Shown here: positions 29,910-38,509 of the stretch, piece after piece
Layout of the letters: every line of letters starts with the position of its first letter
Numbering within the stretch: the first letter of the stretch is position 1
Assembly (NCBI GenBank): GCA_040385525.1
Contig: JAZKHE010000004.1
Span: forward strand, 35,357 to 99,356
Reading direction: 5' to 3'
Origin: Bacteroidota bacterium
GTDB lineage: Bacteria; Bacteroidota; Bacteroidia; UBA4408
Length of the DNA stretch: 64,000 bases
Translations under genes and position numbers: made by a program
Notes under the pieces: model-generated
What the model saw: only the letters and a program-made list of their open reading frames with translations
Told to the model about the DNA's origin: nothing
Database searches by the model: none

Positions 29910-31331
29910 TTAATCTTCTCTGCTGCCATCATCTGCCATACGAACAATTTTAGGAGTAAATTTTGCAACTACATCAATTAGGTCTTTTTGTGAAGCCATA
30001 ACAGTTTCTATATTTTTATAAGCCATCGGTGCTTCATCTAAACCAGCACCAATTAATGTTACACCATGATCCTTTAGTACTTTTCTCATTTCGTCTTTAG
30101 AAATATTTTTAATTGCTTGTGTTCTACTCATTTGTCGACCTGCACCGTGTGATGCTGAATTAATTGCATTTGCTTCACCTTTACCTCTTACTAAAAAACC
30201 AGGGGCTGTCATTGATCCAGGTATAATACCCATTACATCTTTAGAAGCAGGAGTAGCACCTTTTCTATGAACAATTACTTCTTCTCCGTTCCACATCTCC
30301 TTCCAAGCAAAATTATGATGGTTCTCTACTTTAGCCAATACTTCTGCACCAATAGCTTTAGCTAAACGATTGTGAATTATTTCATGACAAGCTGATGCAT
30401 AATCACCAGCTAAATTCATTGCCATCCAATACTCTTGTCCTTCAGCAGAATTCATATCTAAGTAAGCTAAATTTGCTGCTTCTTTAGGAAGTTTACAAAT
30501 TTCTTTCGCTACTTTGGTATAATATCCTGCTATTGTTGCACCAAATCCTCTTGATCCCGAATGTGTTAACAACGCTAAGTATTTTCCTTTTTTGATATTT
30601 AATTTTTCATCATCATTTTCAAATTCAATAATTCCAAATTCTACAAAGTGATTTCCGCCACCTGAAGAACCTAATTGTTCAACAGCTTTTTGTTGAAGAT
30701 TTTTTACAAACGGTGTCATATTAAACTCTGTTCTATCTAATATTGAATGCTCAGCTCTATATTTACCATGCCATCCAGCGCCAGCGCCAAATTTAGTCCA
30801 GGCAATTAACTCTCTTTTATATTTGCTTTCATTCTCTATAAAATGATTCTCATTAATATCATAGATGGACAAAGCCATTCTACAACCAATATCAACGCCT
30901 ACACCATAAGGAATAATAGCGTTTTTTGTAGCCAATACTCCACCAATTGGTAAACCATACCCTTGATGAGCATCAGGCATTAAAGCACCAGCAACTGTTA
31001 CGGGCAATTTCATGGCTATTTCCATTTGATTAATTGCGCCTTGCTCAATGTTTTCTGAACCAAAAATAGAATAAAACATTCCTTGCTCTTTTAATGCAAC
31101 AGTAGCATCTTCATTTGGTTTTTCAATTAATTTTTGAGCAATAGCTTCAAGAACTTCGTCGTCTAAAAAGTTCTCTGGATATTGAACTACCTTAGTTAAA
31201 ATTGCGATTACTTCCTCTTTCTCTAATTCAGCATAATTTTGCTCAACTACTTTAATGGCTATTCCAATTACTTTTCCTTCAGGATAACCTAAAGCTTTTA
31301 ATTCAGCTCCTGATACGTTAACTATTTTCAT
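29910..31331 (-). CDS. rtcB: RtcB-family RNA ligase (paralog A).
   Basis: 473 aa. GGGNHFVEFG, HSGSRGFG, SASHGAGRQMSR. Roughly 50-55% identical to paralog B by eye. Monocistronic: an operator-like palindrome lies upstream and a terminator downstream. Confidence 0.8.
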   Translation of the reverse strand: MKIVNVSGAELKALGYPEGKVIGIAIKVVEQNYAELEKEEVIAILTKVVQYPENFLDDEVLEAIAQKLIEKPNEDATVALKEQGMFYSIFGSENIEQGAINQMEIAMKLPVTVAGALMPDAHQGYGLPIGGVLATKNAIIPYGVGVDIGCRMALSIYDINENHFIENESKYKRELIAWTKFGAGAGWHGKYRAEHSILDRTEFNMTPFVKNLQQKAVEQLGSSGGGNHFVEFGIIEFENDDEKLNIKKGKYLALLTHSGSRGFGATIAGYYTKVAKEICKLPKEAANLAYLDMNSAEGQEYWMAMNLAGDYASACHEIIHNRLAKAIGAEVLAKVENHHNFAWKEMWNGEEVIVHRKGATPASKDVMGIIPGSMTAPGFLVRGKGEANAINSASHGAGRQMSRTQAIKNISKDEMRKVLKDHGVTLIGAGLDEAPMAYKNIETVMASQKDLIDVVAKFTPKIVRMADDGSRED

Positions 31332-31418
31332 CTTGTTTTTTTTAATTATGATACAAAATAAATACTAAACTACGCAGTCAAATTGCGCAGTTGATTTTTT
31401 TTCATTTTTTTTTAAAAT

Positions 31419-31440
31419 CCCTCGCCCAAATTGACGAGGG
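31419..31440 (-). terminator. Possible terminator hairpin after the SPFH gene.
   Basis: CCCTCG-cccaaattga-CGAGGG hairpin 10 nt after the stop. Only a short U-run (AUUUUA) follows on the minus strand. Confidence 0.3.
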
Positions 31441-31450
31441 ATGCTACAAT

Positions 31451-32551
31451 TTATTTACCTGGAACAAATATCTGTTTTAACTGATCCACTAAATGAGTTC
31501 CTCCTGACAATGAAATATTATTAATTTTCTCTGCAATCTTCTCTACATATTCCATTTCTTTCAATTTAAACAACATAGTGTTTTCTTCCATCAATTTAGC
31601 AGTATTCAATAAACTTCTAGTTGAAGCAGTTTCTTCTCTTCTCATGATGGTATTAGCTTGAGCCTTTTTCTCCGCAACTAATACTTGATTCATAATATCT
31701 TTCATATCTCCTGGCAAAATTATATCTCTGATACCACTTCCTTTCAATACTACTCCCAAAGATTCTACTTTTTCAGACATCGACTCCATAACATAAGCTG
31801 AAATAGATTCTTTTTTTTCTAACAACTCATCTAATGTTAATGAACCTATGAACTCTCTCAAAGCTAATTGCAACAGTACATATAGTTGTTTATCATACTC
31901 CTTGTTATTTACTAACGCCTTAACAATATCTTTTATATTGTATTGAGCATAGAAATTAACTCTTAGTGCTGCTTTGTCTTTTGTCAAAATCTCTTGTCCA
32001 GCAATTTCCATTTGCATAGTTCTTAAATCAGCTCTTGAAATCACAATAGAAGTGCTATTCTTCCAAAAGTTGTAAGTACCTGACTCCATGATTTTATGAA
32101 ATTTACCATCAACATACATCACTGCTTTTTCATGTGCTTCAACTACAAAGTTCCTCACAAATGGGGCGATTTCTTTTTTAGTCAATAAAGATTTATCGAT
32201 GTCATTATCAATTTCAATTTGATTTAAATCAATGATATTAAAATTGTAATTTATCAAGCCTTTCCAAAAAATGTATCTACCAGCATTTAATACAGTAGTA
32301 AATAATCCATTTTCGTATTGTAAAGCAATTTCATTATTTTTTACTTCAACAATCAAAGTTGCATTTAGAAAATCTTCATTTTTTAATAAGATATTTATAT
32401 TAACTGGCGCTATTAATGGTTTTGACATATCACAGTCAAATACAACCATAGTTGGCCACAACCAATATGTACCTTCGTTTAAAACTTTTACCAAATTATC
32501 ATTTTTAAACACTAAGCCTTTTTTCCAGGCATTTATTTTTACTCTTTTCAT
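31451..32551 (-). CDS. SPFH/band-7 (stomatin/HflKC-like) domain protein, apparently without a TM anchor.
   Basis: SPFH core ...TKDKAALRVNFYAQYNIKD...LDELLEKKESISAYV...GVVLKGSGIRDIILPGDMKDIMNQVLVAEKKAQANTIMRREETA. N-terminal triple repeat of a GTYxFW hairpin motif. Confidence 0.6.
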   Translation of the reverse strand: MKRVKINAWKKGLVFKNDNLVKVLNEGTYWLWPTMVVFDCDMSKPLIAPVNINILLKNEDFLNATLIVEVKNNEIALQYENGLFTTVLNAGRYIFWKGLINYNFNIIDLNQIEIDNDIDKSLLTKKEIAPFVRNFVVEAHEKAVMYVDGKFHKIMESGTYNFWKNSTSIVISRADLRTMQMEIAGQEILTKDKAALRVNFYAQYNIKDIVKALVNNKEYDKQLYVLLQLALREFIGSLTLDELLEKKESISAYVMESMSEKVESLGVVLKGSGIRDIILPGDMKDIMNQVLVAEKKAQANTIMRREETASTRSLLNTAKLMEENTMLFKLKEMEYVEKIAEKINNISLSGGTHLVDQLKQIFVPGK

Positions 32552-32869
32552 TTTATTTTTGTTTTAATGATGGATGAATCCGGCATCATACCATCGGGGT
32601 TATTTAATTTTTTATAAAAAAGAAGGAACAATTCATTCATTAATTTTAAGCGAAGTTCGACTTAAGCTCATGTCTCAAATGATGGTTTATATAAATTCAT
32701 AATCCATTAAAAGGAAAACTATACTTTATAGAAAGCAGCATCTTTACAGAAGCGGTATCCGTGCCCCTTGGCAAATCATCAATTGCTTTTTACAAATTTA
32801 TATGCTAAAGCTGAATGAGATTATCCCTTCTTAATTAGGAGCCTTTTTTATAGAAGTTGGCGTCTTCTT

Positions 32870-33011
32870 CCACTGAAACCACAATTCAGCGCTCTAACCA
32901 ACTGAGCTATTCCAATTTTGAGCTGGAAGCAGGATTCGAACCTGCGCTTTGAGGTTGCTGCTCTACCAACTGAGCTATTCGCTATTAACGAAATGGGAAT
33001 CGAACCCATGA
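32870..33011 (-). pseudogene. Cluster of degenerate tRNA-like fragments: a 5'-truncated tRNA-His(GTG)-like piece, a related 5'-truncated piece fused to an unrelated T-arm/acceptor, and an isolated T-arm+acceptor 3' piece.
   Basis: Minus-strand reads GGAATAGCTCAGTTGGTTAGAGCGCTGAATTGTGGTTTCAGTGG (D-arm plus anticodon arm, loop TTGTGGT gives GTG), GCGAATAGCTCAGTTGGTAGAGCAGCAACCTCAAAG|CGCAGGTTCGAATCCTGCTTCCAGC, and CATGGGTTCGATTCCCATTTCGTTAA. None folds into a complete cloverleaf. ORF 32848-33072 is spurious. Confidence 0.5.
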
Positions 33012-33403
33012 CACACAACGTGAGACACACAAAATAATTACGCAGAATACAAGCAATCAAAGATTGTTGCACTATGGGGAAAGGAAACCCTCATCTTGGC
33101 GCAAAAATTTATTTATGCATCATTCTCCTCTTTTCAGAGAAGATTTTTAATCCTGATTTTCAGGAAATATTTTCAAGGAACTTTATTACTTTAAATCAAC
33201 GATGCAAATTTTATACTCATGTACGCAGTCGAATTGCGTACTAAAATTATTTTTAAATAGTTTATCAATTTAAAATGTAAATGACTGGTTTTCAACAAGA
33301 AAAAATCACTAGTAATTAGGTTAATTTTAAATCTACGCAAATACAATGCGTAGATGATTAATAAATAGTATATTTACGTTAACTAATTTTTCAAAACTTC
33401 AAT

Positions 33404-34417
33404 ATGCCAATTAATAAATTAGCTTTAGTTAGATACAAAACAATAGATAATTGTTTGCAAAATCGTTTTAGAAAATGGACATTAGAAGACTTAATGGAAG
33501 CCTGTTCTGATGCGATTTATGAATATGAAGGAATTACAAATGGAGTAAGCAAACGCACTATACAACTAGATATTCAGAACATGCGCAGTGAAAAACTAGG
33601 ATATAATGCCCCTATTATAGTTACAGATAAAAAATATTATAGCTATGAAGAAAAGAATTATAGTATTACTAATATTCCTTTAACACAACAAGATTTAAGC
33701 ACCTTGAATGAAGTACTTGATGTATTAAAACAATTTAAAGGTTTTGGTTATTTCCAAGAATTAAACGGAATGGTTACTCGTTTAGAAGATAAACTTTATA
33801 AACAACAACATAGAGGCAAGTCATATATTGATTTCGAAAAAAACGAATTATTAAAAGGATTAATACATATTGATGCACTACATAAAGCAATTATTAATAA
33901 GAAAACAATTGAAGTAACTTATCAATCATTTAAAGCAAAGCTTCCACAGCAAATTGTATTTTATCCCTATTTATTAAAAGAATACCGCAATAGGTGGTTT
34001 ATTTTAGGTGCAAATAAAAATGGAAAAACAATAATGATATTAGCATTAGATAGAATAGAAAAATTTAAAGAATTAAATTCTGAAAAATATCACAAATCAG
34101 AATTTGATGTTAATACTTATTTTAATGATGTAATTGGTGTTTCAAAAATGCCCACCCAGAAGCCACAACTTATTGTTATGAAAATAATTAAAGAGCATGC
34201 TCCATATATAATTACAAAACCCATGCATAGTTCACAAAAAATTTTGAGTGAAGATTCTGAAGGAGTTATCTTTTCAATTGAAGTTATTTGGAATTTTGAG
34301 CTGGAAAGAGAAATTCTTGGCTTTGCTGAACATTTAAAAATAGTTAGTCCTAAAAGATTATCAGGAAGAATACAATCACGAATGAAGAATACACTCACAA
34401 AATATCAAATGGAATAA
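33404..34417 (+). CDS. WYL-domain transcriptional regulator (HTH_11 + WYL; BrxR/CapW-like architecture).
   Basis: N-terminal HTH (GVSKRTIQLDIQNM). WYL hallmark YRNRWFILGANKNGKTIMILALDRIEKF. Two palindromic TACGCA-N7-TGCGTA sites lie upstream. Confidence 0.65.
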   Translation: MPINKLALVRYKTIDNCLQNRFRKWTLEDLMEACSDAIYEYEGITNGVSKRTIQLDIQNMRSEKLGYNAPIIVTDKKYYSYEEKNYSITNIPLTQQDLSTLNEVLDVLKQFKGFGYFQELNGMVTRLEDKLYKQQHRGKSYIDFEKNELLKGLIHIDALHKAIINKKTIEVTYQSFKAKLPQQIVFYPYLLKEYRNRWFILGANKNGKTIMILALDRIEKFKELNSEKYHKSEFDVNTYFNDVIGVSKMPTQKPQLIVMKIIKEHAPYIITKPMHSSQKILSEDSEGVIFSIEVIWNFELEREILGFAEHLKIVSPKRLSGRIQSRMKNTLTKYQME

Positions 34418-34491
34418 TTTTAAAATTTATTCTTGCATTATTAAAATTAATATTTAACTTTGCAGTACAAAGTACTTTTAACTAATTCAAA

Positions 34492-35130
34492 ATGACTGAA
34501 AATAACAAGCACTTAGAGAACCTTTCCGAAATTAGAACATTAATGGAAAAATCTTCTAGATTTATTTCATTAAGCGGTTTATCGGGCGTTGCAGCAGGGT
34601 TATTTGCTTTATCTGGTATTGTGGCAGCCTATTTATATTTGCCTACTGTAATGAAGTCGGGTGAATACTATAAAGCTGCATTCACTGATAATGGAGAAAT
34701 TAATTTTCAATTTTTTAGTTTCTTTATAGTTGATGCAAGTATTGTTTTGTTAGGCTCTATTGTTTTTGGAATTTACTTTACCGTTAGAAAATCACAAAAG
34801 AAACAACAAGCTATTTGGGATAATACTTCAAAAAGATTACTAATAAATTTATCTATACCCCTAGTTACTGGCGCAATTTTTTGTTTCGTTTTATTATACC
34901 ATGGCTTAATTGGTTTAATAGCCCCTGCTACTTTAATTTTTTATGGTTTAGCGTTAATAAACTCTAGTAAGTATACATTAAATGATATTAGATATTTAGG
35001 GATAATTGAAGTTATTTTAGGCTTAATTTCTTCTTTCTTTATTGGTGCTGGATTATTGTTTTGGGCAATTGGTTTTGGTGTGCTTCATATAATTTATGGT
35101 ATTGTTATGTACAATAAATACGAAAAATGA
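34492..35130 (+). CDS. Hypothetical integral membrane protein (4-5 TM).
   Basis: Hydrophobic segments. The next gene overlaps by ATGA. Confidence 0.45.
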   Translation: MTENNKHLENLSEIRTLMEKSSRFISLSGLSGVAAGLFALSGIVAAYLYLPTVMKSGEYYKAAFTDNGEINFQFFSFFIVDASIVLLGSIVFGIYFTVRKSQKKQQAIWDNTSKRLLINLSIPLVTGAIFCFVLLYHGLIGLIAPATLIFYGLALINSSKYTLNDIRYLGIIEVILGLISSFFIGAGLLFWAIGFGVLHIIYGIVMYNKYEK

Positions 35131-35426
35131 AAACATACATTGAGGACTTAAATAAAGCTTTTGAAAGTAGAATTAGGCTCGGCATTATGTCTATACTTAT
35201 GGTTAATGACAGCGTTGATTTTGCTACCATTAAAGAGTTATTAGATATTACTGACGGTAATCTTGCAAGCCACATATCTGCATTAGAAAAATTAGAATAC
35301 TTAAAAGTTATTAAACAATTTGTAGGAAAAAAACCAAACACTTCATATAGCATAACTAAACAAGGTAGAAAAGCCTTCACAAACCATTTAGATGCTTTGG
35401 AAAAATTATTAAAAAATAGAGCATAA
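35127..35426 (+). CDS. Small winged-helix transcriptional regulator (PadR-like).
   Basis: 99 aa. wHTH-like pattern and basic wing (FVGKKPNTSYSITKQGRKAF). Translationally coupled to the upstream membrane protein. Confidence 0.5.
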   Translation: MKTYIEDLNKAFESRIRLGIMSILMVNDSVDFATIKELLDITDGNLASHISALEKLEYLKVIKQFVGKKPNTSYSITKQGRKAFTNHLDALEKLLKNRA

Positions 35427-35445
35427 ATTTTTTTACACTTAAACT

Positions 35446-35961
35446 TTGAAATTCAAAGTACTTTTAAATATGAAAACAAAATTTGAACTAGACCAAAAAA
35501 AGAAAATAAAAAGGATTCTTATCGTTTTTATAACTCTCTTATTATTAAGTGGTATAACTGCTTTCCCAATTGAAATTGAACTACAGTTATTGCAAAATAT
35601 AGCCATAAAATCGCCAAACGTTTTAAGCGAATGGATTACTACTGTATACAACGCTATATCTATAACTAACAATAGTTTTCCATATCTATCTTATGGAACA
35701 GATTGGCTTGCTTTTGCTCATATAGTAATTGCGGGAATGTTTATTGGCCCATTAAAAGATCCAATAAAAAATATCTGGATAATTCAATTTGGAATTGTTG
35801 CTTGCATAATGGTTATTCCAACTGCTTTTCTTTGCGGATATATAAGACACATTCCATTTTATTGGCAACTAATTGATTGTTCTTTTGGAGTATTTGGTAT
35901 GATACCACTTATAATTTGTAAAAAGAAAATAACCATTCTCGAAAACTTAAAAATAAAATAA
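35446..35961 (+). CDS. Hypothetical integral membrane protein.
   Basis: 171 aa, ~4 TM segments. Confidence 0.4.
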   Translation: MKFKVLLNMKTKFELDQKKKIKRILIVFITLLLLSGITAFPIEIELQLLQNIAIKSPNVLSEWITTVYNAISITNNSFPYLSYGTDWLAFAHIVIAGMFIGPLKDPIKNIWIIQFGIVACIMVIPTAFLCGYIRHIPFYWQLIDCSFGVFGMIPLIICKKKITILENLKIK

Positions 35962-35983
35962 ACAAACCTAAAACAAACTAAAT

Positions 35984-38509
35984 ATGAAAACTCTACTAAA
36001 CAAAATCCTAAATGATAAAACATTATTTACAGGTATAATTTTTATTATTTTATCATTAGTTGTATTTATTATACCTGAACTAAATTCTTTAAAAATCAAT
36101 AACAACGCATTTTTAGGAGTGTTTTTTGTTAATTATTGTTTTATAATCATTTATATTATAGTACTGCTAGGAAAAACATTTTTTCAAAAATGGAAATTTT
36201 TAAACTTCAAATTTGAATACGCCACAGTACTTTCAATTCTATATTTGATAAGTGCATTTTCATTAAACAGAGAAATACCAATTTTTGAAGACTCAGTATT
36301 ATGGGTAAGTATATTTTTGTGTATCCAGTGTACTTCAATTATACTATTATCGCTTTTAGACGAAAACTCATCTAAACTACTTAAACATATTTTAATCGGT
36401 ATAAATGGAGTTGGAATAGTGTTTTATATTTATTACACAATCTATTTAACTCCCTTTTATTTAATTGGAATGATTGGTGGTCTTTTTTTTGGGGTTGGCT
36501 TACATGTGTTTGTACCTGCTTTTTGCGTGGTGTTAATATTACTTAGAGTTAGAAAAGAATATAAAATAAATAAGCAATTTATTTATTCTTTTGTTGTTGG
36601 CGTATTAATAGCTAGCACAGCTACTATCCTATTTGTATCACAATGGCAAAAATATTCAACAAAAATTAATTACATCATTAACGACCAAGTAGCTAATGAT
36701 AATAATTTGCCACTTTGGGTTAATCTAAGTCAACAAATTGAAAAAAACCATTTTACTGAAAAAATATTTAAAAGCAATTTAGTTTATACGGTTTACAACA
36801 ACAATAAATTCTGGCAATTTGGATTTCCGCAAGAGTTGTTTGATGAAGTTAAAAAACACGACCCATTAGTAATGATTGCTTCATTTTTCTCAAATGTTCC
36901 AGATATAAGTGATAAAGAAAAAATTAAAATATTAGAATCAATGTATGATTCTAGACACCAAGCTCAAGAAAGACTTTGGTCTGGCGATATGCTACAAACA
37001 TCTAATGTAATAAGTAATGTTAAACTGTTTCCTGAATATAGAATTGCTTACACCGAAAAAATAATAAGCATTAGTAATAATGATGTAAAAAACAATTGGA
37101 ATAACGAAAAAGAGGCAATCTATACTTTTTATTTACCAGAGGGAGGAGTTGCAACATCACTTTCGTTATGGATTAATGGAAAAGAAGAAAAAGGAATTTT
37201 AACTACAAAAAGCAAAGCAGATTCGGCATACAAAACAATTGTTGGTGTAGAATCAAGAGATCCATCTGTGGTTCATTGGCAAGAAGGAAATACATTATCT
37301 GTTAGAGTTTTTCCATGCACATCTAAAGAAAACAGACGATTTAAATTAGGCATTACCGCTCCTTTAAAAAAATATAAGAATAAACTAGTATATCAAAACA
37401 TCTATTTTGATGGTCCTAATTCATTAAACGCAACAGAAAGCGTACAAATTCAAATTACTAAAGATGTTGCTAACATTGAGTTTCCGTTTTTATTTGAAGA
37501 AATTAAAAACAACGTTTATAAAGCCGAAAAAAAATATAGCCCTTATTGGGAAATAAATTTTGATGAAGTTCAATTATCAAAAGAAACTTTTTCTTTTGAT
37601 AATAACACCTACTCTATTTCTAATTATTCAAAAACCTATGAAAGTTTTAATGCTCAAAAAATATACCTAGATATAAATTCATCATGGACAAAAACTGAAA
37701 TGGATGAAATTTGGAAAGCAATTAAAACCAAAGAAGTGTATGTGTTTCAAGACGAAATGATAATTGTAAACAATAATAATTTAAAAAAATTGTTTGAACA
37801 ATTACAGAAAAAAAACTTTAGTCTTTTTCCTTTCGATAAAATTGAAATGCCCGAAAAATCATTGGTTATTTCTAAAAGCACATCAACTTCTCCTAATTTA
37901 AAAGACATTCAAGAATCTGTATTTTTTGAAGAGCTTAAAAAACAATTACAAAAAAACACACAAGTTAGAATGTTCAATTTTGGAGATAATCTTTCGCCCT
38001 ACTTAAAAAGCTTAAAAGAATTAAGAGTGTTTGTATACGACGAAGGAAGCACTAAAAAACTAAGTGATAACATTTTAAACTCCAAATTTATATTAAATCA
38101 AGAAAATGATTCTTCAATTGTAATTGATAACGCAGAAATTATAATACGAAAAGAATTAGGAAATAAAAATGAAAATGCACCCGATCATTTATTAAGACTA
38201 TATGCTTACAACAATGTTTTAAAAACTGTAAGCAAAAATTATTTCAATAATAATTTTATAAATGATGATGTAATAAGTGAAGCCGAATTAGCATATGTTG
38301 TTACTCCTGTATCAAGTTTAATTGTTTTAGAAACAAAACAAGATTACGAAAGATTTGATATTGTAGCGAGTAAAAACAGTTTAAAAAATGCCTCTATAAA
38401 ATCATCTGGCGCAGTGCCAGAACCGCATGAATGGTTGCTAATTATTATTGCAGCTTCAATAATAATTTACTTACGTTTTAAACCCTACTTTATTAAAAAA
38501 GCAGCATAA
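35984..38509 (+). CDS. Polytopic membrane protein with a VIT (vault protein inter-alpha-trypsin)-like domain and a C-terminal PEP-CTERM-like sorting signal. Putative exosortase substrate/partner.
   Basis: ~8 N-terminal TM helices. VIT-like block EAIYTFYLPEGGVATSLSLWINGKEEKGILTTKSKADSAYKTIV. C-terminus ...GAVPEPHEWLLIIIAASIIIYLRFKPYFIKKAA (PEP motif + TM + basic tail). Its stop overlaps the exosortase start. Confidence 0.6.
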   Translation: MKTLLNKILNDKTLFTGIIFIILSLVVFIIPELNSLKINNNAFLGVFFVNYCFIIIYIIVLLGKTFFQKWKFLNFKFEYATVLSILYLISAFSLNREIPIFEDSVLWVSIFLCIQCTSIILLSLLDENSSKLLKHILIGINGVGIVFYIYYTIYLTPFYLIGMIGGLFFGVGLHVFVPAFCVVLILLRVRKEYKINKQFIYSFVVGVLIASTATILFVSQWQKYSTKINYIINDQVANDNNLPLWVNLSQQIEKNHFTEKIFKSNLVYTVYNNNKFWQFGFPQELFDEVKKHDPLVMIASFFSNVPDISDKEKIKILESMYDSRHQAQERLWSGDMLQTSNVISNVKLFPEYRIAYTEKIISISNNDVKNNWNNEKEAIYTFYLPEGGVATSLSLWINGKEEKGILTTKSKADSAYKTIVGVESRDPSVVHWQEGNTLSVRVFPCTSKENRRFKLGITAPLKKYKNKLVYQNIYFDGPNSLNATESVQIQITKDVANIEFPFLFEEIKNNVYKAEKKYSPYWEINFDEVQLSKETFSFDNNTYSISNYSKTYESFNAQKIYLDINSSWTKTEMDEIWKAIKTKEVYVFQDEMIIVNNNNLKKLFEQLQKKNFSLFPFDKIEMPEKSLVISKSTSTSPNLKDIQESVFFEELKKQLQKNTQVRMFNFGDNLSPYLKSLKELRVFVYDEGSTKKLSDNILNSKFILNQENDSSIVIDNAEIIIRKELGNKNENAPDHLLRLYAYNNVLKTVSKNYFNNNFINDDVISEAELAYVVTPVSSLIVLETKQDYERFDIVASKNSLKNASIKSSGAVPEPHEWLLIIIAASIIIYLRFKPYFIKKAA

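Noticed and set aside
29910-31331. Second rtcB as a trivial tandem duplicate of the first
   Set aside because: The two proteins are clearly diverged, with many substitutions throughout. They are separated by a terminator and a separate promoter/operator, so they are distinct paralogs and not a recent duplication.
32848-33072. 74-aa minus-strand ORF in the ORF track
   Set aside because: It lies exactly over the tRNA-like fragment cluster. Its sequence is explained by tRNA arms, so it is not coding.
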